Positions 10,410 to 20,388 of a stretch of 64,000 nucleotides of DNA are shown in pieces (positions within the stretch are counted from its first letter, which is position 1; each line of letters begins with the position of its first letter). The translations under genes were made by a program, and so were the position numbers. Source of the stretch: Bradymonadia bacterium (GTDB lineage Bacteria > Myxococcota_A > Bradymonadia > UBA7976 > UBA1532); the NCBI GenBank assembly GCA_046290225.1, contig JBKAGE010000038.1, positions 128,001 to 192,000 on the forward strand, written 5' to 3'. Under the pieces are notes generated by a model. It ran no database searches and was not told where the DNA came from. It saw only the letters and a program-made list of their open reading frames with translations.

Positions 10410-11819
10410 ATGAACACCCAGCCTTCATCGAAATGCCCTCGGCGTGCCCTCCGTATCTCGTGGGGTCTCCCCTGGTTGTTGCTCACCCTGCTGCTGCTCA
10501 GCAGCATCGCTGAAGCCCGCACCCGGGTGGCCATCGGTCGTCTCAATGGCCGTGGCGGGGGTGTGCGAGCCATCGGTAAGCTTCAAAAAGCGCTCAAGAG
10601 CTACGACGACATCGCCATTCACTCAACCAAGAGCTTTCAGCGCAAAGCCAAACGGTTGAGGGTCGAGGGTCAGATCCCCGCCGATCCCAACGCTCTGGCA
10701 GAACTGTGCGAGGCCCTCGACATCGACGCGGTGGTCTTTGGTCAGGTGGAGAAGGCTTCACGTCGGAGCCGACGACGCATCGTACGGGTGCAGGTATACG
10801 ATCGCACCGGCCGGCAGGTGGGCAGCCACGAGATCAACGCAGGGCGGAAGAAGAAGATCCCCACACGGGTCTGGACTGCAGTGGCTCGAGCCATCGAGCC
10901 CGATCTGCGCAGCATCGGCGAGGTGGTCGAGGGCCCCATCATCACCCCTGAAGACACTGAGCCGAGGCCTCGGACCGTGAGGCCAGATCCCGTGGCTTTG
11001 ACACCAGAGCCCGAGCGTGTGGGCCGGCGGCCCCGTGCCGAGACGCGCATCGACGAGCCCATGGGCCCTCGCACCCATGAGATCTTCAAAGCCTCTGCAG
11101 GCCTGTTCTTCTTGTCTCGAACCTTCGAGTACAGCGTCGCCGACCAATCGATCCCCTTCGCCGAAGGCGGCATCGACTACACCACCTCGCTTTCTCCTGG
11201 CATCGTCGTCGAAGCCGAGGTGTTCCCGCTGCGCGCCTTTGTGCGCAACGCTGCTGCCCACATCGGTTTGGGGCTCACCTTCGAAAAGGCCTTCCTGAGC
11301 ACGGAACAGGAGGTCACCGATCTGCAGGGCCAGACTCGGGCCCAGGAGCTCAATACGTCTCACCAGCACATTCGGGCGCGGCTGCAGTACCGCGCACCGC
11401 TGGGCCGCAGCGCGACAGCGGTCCAGGTCGGCGGTCACCTGGGTCTGGGTTGGCTGAAGTTCAGGCTTCAGGACAACCCCGAATACCAGGGGGTAGACGC
11501 CTCGTACTTCGACGTGGGCATTGATGGTCTGTTCCCCCTGGGCACCCCCAAAGCCGCCATCAAAATCGCAGTGCGATACCTACCCAGCGCCGATCTCGGC
11601 GATACCGCAGAAGAGCTCGGCGGTGAAGTCACCACCAGCGGCTTTGGCCTCACCGGGGGTGTCACCTCCAAGCTCGGCGGTGGACTCACCGCCGACCTGC
11701 TCGTGGACTACACGGGCCTGAGCCACGACATCAGCGGTGAGGGTCGGGGGCAGCGCCTCGGCGACACTGCATCGGATGCCTATCTCGGCGTGCGGATGAT
11801 GGCGGGGTATGCCTTCTGA
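10410..11819 (+). CDS. Exported protein with a probable C-terminal outer-membrane beta-barrel
   Basis: Hydrophobic signal ending AEA, an N-terminal alpha/beta domain, a Pro-rich linker, then amphipathic strands ending AGYAF (terminal Phe). Confidence 0.7.
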   Translation: MNTQPSSKCPRRALRISWGLPWLLLTLLLLSSIAEARTRVAIGRLNGRGGGVRAIGKLQKALKSYDDIAIHSTKSFQRKAKRLRVEGQIPADPNALAELCEALDIDAVVFGQVEKASRRSRRRIVRVQVYDRTGRQVGSHEINAGRKKKIPTRVWTAVARAIEPDLRSIGEVVEGPIITPEDTEPRPRTVRPDPVALTPEPERVGRRPRAETRIDEPMGPRTHEIFKASAGLFFLSRTFEYSVADQSIPFAEGGIDYTTSLSPGIVVEAEVFPLRAFVRNAAAHIGLGLTFEKAFLSTEQEVTDLQGQTRAQELNTSHQHIRARLQYRAPLGRSATAVQVGGHLGLGWLKFRLQDNPEYQGVDASYFDVGIDGLFPLGTPKAAIKIAVRYLPSADLGDTAEELGGEVTTSGFGLTGGVTSKLGGGLTADLLVDYTGLSHDISGEGRGQRLGDTASDAYLGVRMMAGYAF

Positions 11820-11827
11820 GCCTGCTG

Positions 11828-11891
11828 CTCAGCAGCATATCCTCAGCAGCATATCCTCAGCTGCACATCCTCAGCAGTGGGCACTCAGCAG
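11828..11891. repeat. 14-bp-period tandem repeat (CTCAGCAGCATATC)
   Basis: CTCAGC starts at 11828, 11842, 11856, 11870 and 11884; the last copy contains the gshA stop codon. Confidence 0.85.
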
Positions 11892-13216
11892 ATACGGGTG
11901 CGCTGGCGCAGAGCCACGGTATCTCCGTCCCACCCCTCCCGGATGTCGTCCGCGGGGCTGCGTCCCTTCTCTACTGACGCATCGAGCACATCGAGCAGGC
12001 GTACGGCCTCGGGCTCGAGACGCGTCAGGCCTCGCCGGGCAATGGCGAGGGTCTCTGCGGCGAGCTCCTTGATGGCGTAGCCACCGCTCACGCCAGCGAG
12101 GCCATGCTCCACAGCGGCAGCGCGCAGATCGATACGGGCCGGCTCGTCAAAGGGTGACAGCAGCGCCTCGAGCTCTGACAGCGCAGTTTCGTCGTACAAC
12201 AAGCCATTGTGCAAAGCCGGCAGCGCCAGCACGTACTCACGGCTGCCCATGTCCGCACCTCGAACCTCCATGTACTTCTTGAGGCGCACATCGGGGAACA
12301 GCGTCGACAAGTGGAGGGCGAAGTCTCCCATGTTCGCCGAGTAGCCTTCGAAGCCGTCGCGCATGAAGTCGGAGAACTTCAGCCCTGCGCAGTCCACATA
12401 GCGGCCCTCGCGGTGGATGAAGAACATCGGCACCTGAGCGGCCCAGGCGGCATATTCGGCGAAGCCGGCACCGGGCTCGAGCACATCCGGGCTCAGCTCG
12501 CAGCGATCCGGATCGGTGTGCTCCCAGATGCGGGCCCGGAAGGTCTTCACGTCGAGCAGCTTGCCCTGCTGTACCGTGGAGTTGCTCCACAGGGCGATGA
12601 CCAGAGGCTGCAGGCGCATGGCCACCCGCAGCTTGCGCATGGCGTCAGCCTCGCTCTCGAAATCGTAGTTCGCCTGCACCGTGCAGGTGAGGGCCATCAT
12701 GTGGTGGGCCAGGTTGCCGCGGGTGGGCAGGTAGCGGCGCATGATGGCGTAGCGGGGCTTGGGCATCCAGGGCACCGAGCTCGGCTCCCCCTCGGGGCTG
12801 TACCCCATGCCGCTCCAGATGAGGCCGAGCTCATCGCTCACCCCGCGGCTCTCCTCGAGGTGACGATCCAGCTCGGCCTCGGTGTCGAGGAGAGACACGA
12901 AGGGCGCCCCCGACAGCTCAAGCTGCCCGCCGGGCTCCAGGGTGATCGTGGCGCCGTCGCGGCTCAAAGCCACGATGGCCCCGTGCTCCTCTACAGCCTT
13001 CCAGCCATAGCGAGCCACCATCTGCTCCAAGAACGCCCGGATCCCCTTGGGGCCGTCGTAGGCCGGGGGCTGGGCATCAGCCAGGGACCAGCCGAGCTTC
13101 TCATGCTCGGTGCCCACTCGGAACTGATCTCGGGGCTTGCACCCCTGGGCAAAGTAGCCCGCCAGCTGAGAGATGTCTTCGAGTGGGGTCGCGTCTTCGA
13201 GGGTCTGGGAGCTCAT
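11885..13216 (-). CDS. gshA: Glutamate--cysteine ligase (GCS2, plant/alphaproteobacterial type)
   Basis: VGTEHEK, ITLEPGGQLELSG, WMPKPRY, TCTVQANYDF, HLSTLFPDVRLKKYMEVRGAD. Confidence 0.93.
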   Translation of the reverse strand: MSSQTLEDATPLEDISQLAGYFAQGCKPRDQFRVGTEHEKLGWSLADAQPPAYDGPKGIRAFLEQMVARYGWKAVEEHGAIVALSRDGATITLEPGGQLELSGAPFVSLLDTEAELDRHLEESRGVSDELGLIWSGMGYSPEGEPSSVPWMPKPRYAIMRRYLPTRGNLAHHMMALTCTVQANYDFESEADAMRKLRVAMRLQPLVIALWSNSTVQQGKLLDVKTFRARIWEHTDPDRCELSPDVLEPGAGFAEYAAWAAQVPMFFIHREGRYVDCAGLKFSDFMRDGFEGYSANMGDFALHLSTLFPDVRLKKYMEVRGADMGSREYVLALPALHNGLLYDETALSELEALLSPFDEPARIDLRAAAVEHGLAGVSGGYAIKELAAETLAIARRGLTRLEPEAVRLLDVLDASVEKGRSPADDIREGWDGDTVALRQRTRIC

Positions 13217-13381
13217 GGGCAGGCCGCCTCATTATGGTGGAGAGCTTGGGGGAACCTAGCCTCTGGTGGTTCCCTCGTCAATCAGAGCACCATCTACCTG
13301 TTCATGCGGCGCTTGTGCACCGGCCAGGTATCTGCTAAAGATGCGCGCGCTTTTCAGGGGCCCCGGTTGTCGGGGTCTCAA

Positions 13382-13476
13382 ACACACACACCGGAGCCCG
13401 CGTCGGCGTCCCCACAGACTCTGGAGAGTCGCGGGGCGATGCGAGGTGTAGATGGTGCGTGGAAGATGCCAACGCC
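13382..13476 (+). promoter_or_regulatory. rpsB 5' leader (S2 autoregulatory RNA element)
   Basis: ACACACAC...GGCGT...GTGGAAG..CAACGCC parallels the E. coli rpsB leader as I recall it (CACACAC...GGGGU...GUGGAGG..AACCCC). A GC-rich discriminator-like GCGCGCGC lies at 13343. Confidence 0.65.
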
Positions 13477-13491
13477 ATACAGAGGATTCAC

Positions 13492-14361
13492 ATGGCCATC
13501 ATCAACATCCGTGAAATGATCGAAGCCGGGGCTCACTTCGGCCACCAGACCAAGCGCTGGAACCCCAAGATGCGCCCTTACATCTACGGCGCCCGGAACG
13601 GGATCTACATCCTCGACCTCCAGCGGACCGCCCCCCTCTTCGACTCGGCCTACAACTTCGTCAGCGCCACCGTGGCCCGTGGCGAGTCCGTGCTCTTCGT
13701 GGGCACCAAGAAGCAGGCTCAGGATGTGATCACCAGTCACGCCGCTCGCTGCGGCATGTACTCGGTCACCCACCGCTGGCTCGGCGGCACCCTGACCAAC
13801 TTCAAGACCATCCGCGGCAGCATCGAGCGCCTTAAGAACATCGAGAAGATGTTCGCTGACGGCACCGCCGAGCGCCTCACCAAGAAAGAGGCCCTCAAGC
13901 TGCACCGCGAGCAGGAGAAGCTCGAGGCCAACCTCGGCGGCATCAAGAACATGCCCGACATCCCGGGCGTGATCTTCATCGTCGACACCCTCAAGGAGCA
14001 CATCGCCGTCGCCGAGGCCCGCAAGCTGGGCATCAAGATCGTGGCGCTGGTGGACACCAACTGTGATCCCGAGGGCATCGACTTCCCGATCCCCGCCAAC
14101 GACGACGCCATCCGCTCCATCGAGCTGTTCACCAGCAAGATCGCCGACGCCGTCATCGAGGGCAAGATGCGCCACAACGAGCGCTACGCCGGTCAGGGCG
14201 GTGGCGCCAGCGTCAACGTCGAGCTCACCAGCGACGAGGGTGGCCCTGAGGTCGAGTTCAAGGCCCCCGGCATGGAGATGCCCACCCCCGAGGCCAGCGC
14301 CTCCCCTGAAGAGGCCGTCGCCGAAGAGGCCGAGGCCGCCGAGGCACCTGCAGCGGAGTAA
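13492..14361 (+). CDS. rpsB: 30S ribosomal protein S2, with an acidic C-terminal extension
   Basis: [43 protein letters not shown]. Confidence 0.99.
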   Translation: MAIINIREMIEAGAHFGHQTKRWNPKMRPYIYGARNGIYILDLQRTAPLFDSAYNFVSATVARGESVLFVGTKKQAQDVITSHAARCGMYSVTHRWLGGTLTNFKTIRGSIERLKNIEKMFADGTAERLTKKEALKLHREQEKLEANLGGIKNMPDIPGVIFIVDTLKEHIAVAEARKLGIKIVALVDTNCDPEGIDFPIPANDDAIRSIELFTSKIADAVIEGKMRHNERYAGQGGGASVNVELTSDEGGPEVEFKAPGMEMPTPEASASPEEAVAEEAEAAEAPAAE

Positions 14362-14548
14362 TTCGCTGTAGTCGGCGCGCTGCAGTCGATCGACTGTCAG
14401 CGTTTCTGCTGCCCCTGACGGGGCGGCAGCCCTCGATATATCCAGCCCACCAGGCAGCAATTTCAGCAGCCCCGGGCCCCCGCTTTCATGACCCAAAACC
14501 TGGGCGGCCGCGTGTCGCCCACCAGAAAATATCGGCGGAGAAACCACC

Positions 14549-15199
14549 ATGGCTATCAGCGCCAAAGACGTCGCCGCGCTCCGTAAGAAGACCGGCGCCG
14601 GCATGATGGACTGCAAGAAGGCTCTCACCGAGGCCGAGGGCGATCTCGCCAAGGCCGAAGAGCTCCTCCTCAAGAAGGGCCTCGCTGCCGCCGCCAAGCG
14701 CGCCGACCGCGTCGCCGCCGAGGGCCTCGTGGGCAGCTACATCCACCACGGCGGTGGCATCGGCGTGCTCGTCGAGCTCAACTGCGAGACCGACTTCGTC
14801 GCAAAGACCGAGGCCTTCCAGCAGCTCGTGCGCGACGTCGCCATGCACATCGCAGCCACGAACCCCAAGTTCCTCGACGACAGCGAGATCCCTGCCGCCG
14901 ACGTGGAGAAGCAGAAGGAGATCTTCCTGGCCCAGAACCAGGACTCCGGCAAGCCGCCCCACATCATGGAGAAGATCATCACTGGCAAGATCGCCAAGTG
15001 GAAGAAGGAGCAGTGTCTCGTCGACCAGCCCTTCGTGAAGGATCCCGACGTCACCGTGGGCAAGCACGTGATCAACACCGCGGCCTCCATCAAGGAGAAC
15101 GTCAAGATCCGTCGCTTCGTGCGCTTCGAGCTCGGCGAGGGCATCGAGAAGAAGGTCGACGACTTCGCAGCCGAGGTCGCCGCACAGGTCAAGGGCTGA
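14549..15199 (+). CDS. tsf: Translation elongation factor Ts (short form)
   Basis: [37 protein letters not shown]. Confidence 0.99.
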   Translation: MAISAKDVAALRKKTGAGMMDCKKALTEAEGDLAKAEELLLKKGLAAAAKRADRVAAEGLVGSYIHHGGGIGVLVELNCETDFVAKTEAFQQLVRDVAMHIAATNPKFLDDSEIPAADVEKQKEIFLAQNQDSGKPPHIMEKIITGKIAKWKKEQCLVDQPFVKDPDVTVGKHVINTAASIKENVKIRRFVRFELGEGIEKKVDDFAAEVAAQVKG

Positions 15200-15203
15200 T
15201 TCG

Positions 15204-15917
15204 ATGAGCACCACCCCCCCCCGCCGGATCCTGCTCAAGCTCTCCGGCGAAGCTCTCATGGGCGAGGGCCAGTACGGCATCTCCCCTGAGGTGGTCGAGC
15301 GCATCGCTGCCGAATTGAAGGTGGTGCACGAGCTCGGCCTGGAGGTGGCGGTGGTCATCGGCGGCGGAAACATCTTCCGTGGTGTCGCCGGGGCCGCCAA
15401 GGGCATGGATCGTACCAGCGCCGATTACATGGGCATGCTGGCCACGGTCATCAACGCCCTGGCGCTGCAGGACGGCTTCGAGAAGAACGGCCTCATGACC
15501 CGGGTCATGAGCGGTCTCGACATGCCGGCCGTGGCCGAGCCCTTCATCCGCCGTCGGGCGGTGCGTCACCTCGAGAAGGGGCGAGTCGTGGTCTTCGCCG
15601 CCGGGAGCGGCAACCCCTACTTCACCACCGACACCGCCGCAGCGCTTCGGGGCAACGAGATCAACGCCGACATCATCCTGAAGGCCACCAAGGTCGACGG
15701 GATCTACGACGCTGATCCCGAGATCTACCCCGAGGCCAAGAAGTTCGACCAGCTCAGCTATGACGAGTGCCTCACCCGCAACCTGCGGGTGATGGACGCC
15801 ACGGCCATCACGCTGTGCCGCGAGAACAACATGCCCATCGTGGTCTTCAACCTGTTCACCCCGGGCAACATCGTCCGCGTGGCCAAGGGCGAGACCATCG
15901 GCACGCGGGTCGAGTAG
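15204..15917 (+). CDS. pyrH: UMP kinase
   Basis: [44 protein letters not shown]. Confidence 0.99.
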   Translation: MSTTPPRRILLKLSGEALMGEGQYGISPEVVERIAAELKVVHELGLEVAVVIGGGNIFRGVAGAAKGMDRTSADYMGMLATVINALALQDGFEKNGLMTRVMSGLDMPAVAEPFIRRRAVRHLEKGRVVVFAAGSGNPYFTTDTAAALRGNEINADIILKATKVDGIYDADPEIYPEAKKFDQLSYDECLTRNLRVMDATAITLCRENNMPIVVFNLFTPGNIVRVAKGETIGTRVE

Positions 15918-15981
15918 CCCGACCACTCCAGGGGTGAACCGCCCGGCTCACCCCCTCCCCTCCCTCTTTCACATACCGCTT

Positions 15982-16009
15982 TTGACCCGAGTTTGGGGTG
16001 TGCTAGGTT
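15982..16009 (+). promoter_or_regulatory. Putative sigma70 promoter of frr
   Basis: TTGACC, 16-nt spacer, TGc-TAGGTT extended -10. Confidence 0.55.
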
Positions 16010-16046
16010 CCTCTACGCACATGCAACGAATGTAAGGCACGACAAC

Positions 16047-16601
16047 ATGCAAGAGGTTTACGACGATCTGGAAGGCCGCTTCGAGAAGTCCTTCGAGGCG
16101 CTCCGTCGTGAGCTCAGCCGGGTCCGCACCGGGCGAGCCAACATCAACCTGCTCGATACCATCCGCGTCAACTACTACGGCCAGCCCACCCCGCTCAGCC
16201 AGGTGGCGGCCCTGCAGGTCCCCGAGCCTCGCTTGATCACCATCAAGCCCTGGGAGGCCAGCATCCTCAAAGACATCGAGCGGACCATCATGCAGTCCGA
16301 TCTCGGCATCACCCCCACCAGCGACGGCCAGATCATCCGGCTGTCGATCCCGCCCCTCACCGAGGAGCGTCGTAAAGATCTGGTGAAGCAGGTGCACCGC
16401 ATCGCCGAGGACACCAAGGTCTCTCTCCGCAACGCCCGTCGTGACGCCAACGCGTTCCTGAAGCAGGCAGAGAAGGACAGCGACATCACCGAGGATGATC
16501 TCGCGAGATCCCTCAAGGTGGTTCAGGAGCGCACCGACGCCGGTGTGGCCAAGGTGGACCAGATCATCGGTGAGAAAGAGAAGGAGCTGATGGAGGTCTG
16601 A
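16047..16601 (+). CDS. frr: Ribosome recycling factor
   Basis: RTGRAN, YYGQPTPL, PPLTEERRKDLVK, RNARRDAN, KEKELMEV. Confidence 0.99.
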   Translation: MQEVYDDLEGRFEKSFEALRRELSRVRTGRANINLLDTIRVNYYGQPTPLSQVAALQVPEPRLITIKPWEASILKDIERTIMQSDLGITPTSDGQIIRLSIPPLTEERRKDLVKQVHRIAEDTKVSLRNARRDANAFLKQAEKDSDITEDDLARSLKVVQERTDAGVAKVDQIIGEKEKELMEV

Positions 16602-16645
16602 TCCCCCTCAGCCTACAGCGCAGCCCCCGGGGGCGGCGCCTACTG

Positions 16646-16677
16646 AAGAGCCCTCACCTCGGTGGGGGCTTTTTTTG
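16646..16677 (+). terminator. Rho-independent terminator after frr
   Basis: AGAGCCCTCACC-TC-GGTGGGGGC followed by a run of T. Confidence 0.85.
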
Positions 16678-16688
16678 TGGGCGCGCTC

Positions 16689-16720
16689 TCAGAAGAGGCA
16701 TCAGAAGAGGCATCAGAAGA
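16689..16720. repeat. 12-bp tandem repeat TCAGAAGAGGCA (about 2.7 copies)
   Basis: Copies at 16689, 16701 and 16713; the last contains the stop codon of the beta-barrel gene. Confidence 0.85.
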
Positions 16721-18080
16721 AGTAGTTGTAGGCCGCGTTGATCGTGTGAATCAGCAGCGGATCATCATTGCGGAGATCTTGCACCTCCGCCTCGACCAGA
16801 GCTTCATAGTTCAGATCGATTTGATGATGGCGGTTCGGGCGAATCAACACCCCACCCTGTACGGTGTAGAGGGTCTGCTCTTCGTCGAAGGTCCGACTCT
16901 GGCCAGAGGCACGGCCGATCGTCCGGCCGGTGAAGTATGACAACAGCGCATTGAGCGTCAGCCACTGCCCCGCGTCGTACTCCAAATCGAGCAAGAGAGT
17001 GTACGAGTCGGAGACGAAGTTGTTGAGCACCACCCCCTGAAGATCAGCCCGGGCGCCCACCCCGAAGAGATCGTCGTCTCGCAGCCCGGCGATGTATTGC
17101 CAGGCAGAGTCGTCTCCGCGGTTCTGGCCCTGATCTCGCGTACGGTACTCCACTGACTGGTAGTGGTAGTAGCTCGTGCCGAAATTGAGCGATGCCTGAA
17201 AGCGCACCCGATCGTACGCCAGATCCAGCGGCAGCAAACCCAAGGCGTCACGCTGGTTGGGCTCAAGCACATTCCGGAACACCGTGGGATCAGAGTAGTC
17301 AGCCAGTGAGAAGTGACTGTAGGTCAGCATCAGGTTCAACGGCTGTGTCGGCGTGTAGTCCAGCGTGCCGAGGTAGGTGGCCACGTTGGGGCCGTCGATG
17401 AAGTCCATCACCAGATAGCTCGAGACAAAGAGATCTTCGGTGAGCTTCATGTGGATGCGGTTGAAGCCGAACTGCCTGATCTGCTCGCCGTCTCGCATCA
17501 TGGTGTTTGCCGCCAGCGACAAATCGAAGCCTTCTCGATGCAGCGAGCCGTAGAGGCCAGCGGCCTGGTATTCGGTGTTGAACGCCGTGTCGTACGGATC
17601 AGGCGACAGACCACCATAGACCCCAACCACAGCCTTGCGGTTGTCGGCGACGGCGAAGTTCACGTCCACGCCGTCCACCCAGGCGTTCCCCGCCTCGAAG
17701 ATGAGCCGACGGCCCATGGCCAGCTCTACGTCACCGCCGGAGAGCGGCTGCAGCACATAGAACGACCGGGCCCGGACCACCTCTTCGGTCTCGCCAAAGC
17801 GCCGCTCGTTGGACTCGTTGATGTCGAAGATGAAGGTGCTGTCGAGGACCAGCTTCAGGCCCCCCTCGGTGAGCTTGTCGGCCCGCACATCGGCGTCGAG
17901 AAACACGTACGCCGGCTCGGGATAGTCGAGGCTGGCGTTGTCGGTGCTGTAATACCCCCGGAGCGTCATGCGGCCATACAGATCAGCCGGCGACGGCTCA
18001 GTGGACTTCTGCGCCTCTGCGATGCCACCCCAGAGCGCGCCACCGACGATCAGGGCCCGGGCCCACCGTGCGGTGCTCAT
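16713..18080 (-). CDS. Outer-membrane beta-barrel (putative porin of a porin-cytochrome conduit)
   Basis: Signal peptide ending AEA, many alternating amphipathic strands, C-terminus AAYNYFF; start overlaps the cytochrome stop (ATGA). Confidence 0.8.
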   Translation of the reverse strand: MSTARWARALIVGGALWGGIAEAQKSTEPSPADLYGRMTLRGYYSTDNASLDYPEPAYVFLDADVRADKLTEGGLKLVLDSTFIFDINESNERRFGETEEVVRARSFYVLQPLSGGDVELAMGRRLIFEAGNAWVDGVDVNFAVADNRKAVVGVYGGLSPDPYDTAFNTEYQAAGLYGSLHREGFDLSLAANTMMRDGEQIRQFGFNRIHMKLTEDLFVSSYLVMDFIDGPNVATYLGTLDYTPTQPLNLMLTYSHFSLADYSDPTVFRNVLEPNQRDALGLLPLDLAYDRVRFQASLNFGTSYYHYQSVEYRTRDQGQNRGDDSAWQYIAGLRDDDLFGVGARADLQGVVLNNFVSDSYTLLLDLEYDAGQWLTLNALLSYFTGRTIGRASGQSRTFDEEQTLYTVQGGVLIRPNRHHQIDLNYEALVEAEVQDLRNDDPLLIHTINAAYNYFF

Positions 18081-20317
18081 CGGCTGCTCTCACAGGTGCC
18101 ACAGGTGACCCCTGGGCGGGCAGGGACGAAGCTGCGGGTGGTGTGACACTCGTGGCAGTTGTCCGGGGAGCACTGGCCCACGTGGTTGCAGCTCTGGCTC
18201 GCCTGGGTGCCCTGGAACGTGTCGAGGTGACAGAAGCCACAATCGCTCGGCAGCCCACCGAAGACCCGGTTCGGGTGACAGTTGCGGCACTGCACGAAGC
18301 GGTGCGCGCCAGACAGCCGGAAGCCCGTCTGGTTGTGCAGGAACGTCGACGGCAAGAAGGCGTTCTGCGTGTGGCAGTTGTAGCACTGGGGCCCGAGGCT
18401 GCCGAAGTGCGGATCGCGGTGACAGTTGATGCACTCGGGGCCAGTGCCTGAGAGCGCCTTGCTGCGATCAGGGCCGTGGCACTCTTCACAGGGCAACCTG
18501 TCATGCAGGCCATCGAGCTTGAAGGCGCCGAAGTTGTGGTTCTGGGTGCTGTTCGTGGACCAGTCGGCGGTGGTGTGACACAGCGAGCAGTCCGACCCCT
18601 TGGTGCCCTTGTGGATGTCGAGGTGACACCCGTCACAGGTCTGGGGCAGCCCCTTGTAGTCGTTGTTGATGTGGCACTTGGTGCAGTCGACCTCGCGATG
18701 TTTGCCGTACAGGCGGTATTGCGTCTGCTCATCGTGATCGAAGTTGTCGACCTGCGCCCAGGTTTCAGGGGTGTGGCATGCGTCACATGCGCTGTTGAAC
18801 TGCCCCTTGTGGAAGTTCTTGTGGCAGTTGCCGCAGGCGGTGTCGATGGGCCGGTAGTGCCCCTGCTTGTGACAGGCGTTGCAGTCCACCACGGTGTGGC
18901 GCCCCTGCAGCTGGAACTGGCTGAGGGTGTGATCAAACTGCTGAATCCGCCAGCGCTCGAAGCCATTGTGACACCGATCGCATCCTGCCCCTTCGAACTG
19001 CCCGCTGTGGGTGTCGGTGTGGCAGAACGCGCAGTCTTGCAGCGTCTTCACCTCGGTCTCGGTGCCGTTGGGGTGGCACCGATAGCATGGCTGCTCGTAG
19101 TGACGCCCCTCGAGGGCGAAGCCGGTGATGCTGTGATCGAAGCGGGTCTTCAGCCAGCCCACGGGGGAGTGGCAGTTCTTGCACGGCGTCTCCCCGAAGG
19201 TGTCGCCGTGGGGGCTCTCGTCTTTGTGGCAGTCGCGGCACTCGCTCTTGAGGGGCTTGTACTTCCCCCCAGGGTGGCACTTCTGACACGCCACCTTGCG
19301 GTGCTTCCCCTTGAGGGAGAACCGGCTCATGGTGTTGTGGTTGAACTTGGTCCGCTTCCAGCCGGTCTCCTGGTGACACCGGTTGCAGTCGGTGCCGTCG
19401 AACTGCCTGCCGTGAGGGCTCTCGCTCTTGTGACACGTGGAGCAGTTGTTGTTCTTGGGCTTCCACTTCTCCCAGGAGTGACAATCCAGGCAGTCGGCCT
19501 TCTTGTGCTTGCCTCTCAACGCCCAACCGGTGGTGTTGTGCTCGAAGATGTTGGTCTTCTTGAAGCCCGAGGTGACGTGACACTCTTCGCAGATACGGCG
19601 GCCGAAGACCCCTGGGGGGTGGGGGTTCTTGTGGCAGGTGACGCAACCCGTGACCTCGATGGGCCCGAACTTCTTCTTATCGAGGTGGCACTTGTCGCAG
19701 TCCACCTTCTTGTGACGCCCTGTACGGGGGAACCGGGTCTCCCGCTCGTGGTTGAACTTCAGGTTGGCGTTGAGCTTGTTCCAGTCGAAGGTGTTGTGAC
19801 AGTTCTTGCAGTCTTTGAGGTTCACCCGCCCGATGGACTTGCCGTGGTACTCGCCGTGGCAGCCCTGGCAGTCTTTGGGCGCCCCGAGGTAGGAGTCGCG
19901 GTTGCTCCCGGGGCGTTTGGCGGTGTGGCACTCCCGACAGCCCACCCCGACGTGGCCCCCGGTCAGGTTGTACCCCGTCTGCTTGTGGTTGAACTTGCGC
20001 TTGTCGAGGGGGGTGATCTCGTGATTGCGCCCCAGGTGCTCGCGGTGACACGCGTTGCACGGCACCCCTCGGGCCATCCGGCCGTGGTACCCCTGCCCTC
20101 TCTGCATGCGCTTGTCGATGTCGCGGTGGCAGTCGAGGCACTTGGTGTTGGGCACCCCCTTGAACTGCACGTGACACGTGGTGCACTTCGCCGATTTGTC
20201 GAGGTGGGCGTGGGGCCGCGACAAGGGCAGCGGATCGCTCGAGGCGAGCCCGGGAACCAGCAACACCATGATGCAGGTGAGCAGGAAGAGGAGGTATCGA
20301 GAGCCGATGAGAGACAT
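18077..20317 (-). CDS. Exported multiheme c-type cytochrome with 30 CxxCH motifs
   Basis: Likely start MSLIGSRYLLFLL (signal peptide) at 20317, 746 aa. I counted 30 CxxCH by hand, arranged in triheme modules (FxH..TxFxLxGxH...CxxCH...CxxCH..H...CxxCH). Confidence 0.95.
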   Translation of the reverse strand: MSLIGSRYLLFLLTCIMVLLVPGLASSDPLPLSRPHAHLDKSAKCTTCHVQFKGVPNTKCLDCHRDIDKRMQRGQGYHGRMARGVPCNACHREHLGRNHEITPLDKRKFNHKQTGYNLTGGHVGVGCRECHTAKRPGSNRDSYLGAPKDCQGCHGEYHGKSIGRVNLKDCKNCHNTFDWNKLNANLKFNHERETRFPRTGRHKKVDCDKCHLDKKKFGPIEVTGCVTCHKNPHPPGVFGRRICEECHVTSGFKKTNIFEHNTTGWALRGKHKKADCLDCHSWEKWKPKNNNCSTCHKSESPHGRQFDGTDCNRCHQETGWKRTKFNHNTMSRFSLKGKHRKVACQKCHPGGKYKPLKSECRDCHKDESPHGDTFGETPCKNCHSPVGWLKTRFDHSITGFALEGRHYEQPCYRCHPNGTETEVKTLQDCAFCHTDTHSGQFEGAGCDRCHNGFERWRIQQFDHTLSQFQLQGRHTVVDCNACHKQGHYRPIDTACGNCHKNFHKGQFNSACDACHTPETWAQVDNFDHDEQTQYRLYGKHREVDCTKCHINNDYKGLPQTCDGCHLDIHKGTKGSDCSLCHTTADWSTNSTQNHNFGAFKLDGLHDRLPCEECHGPDRSKALSGTGPECINCHRDPHFGSLGPQCYNCHTQNAFLPSTFLHNQTGFRLSGAHRFVQCRNCHPNRVFGGLPSDCGFCHLDTFQGTQASQSCNHVGQCSPDNCHECHTTRSFVPARPGVTCGTCESSR

Positions 20318-20388
20318 CGGCGCACATACTACCCTGATCTGCCGGGAGAGTGGACCTCGTTTATGCGGCTCTTTTTCGCAGCGGCTGT

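Noticed and set aside
14549..15199. EF-Ts looks truncated (216 aa)
   Set aside because: Short EF-Ts is a known natural form in several lineages, and both termini are intact.
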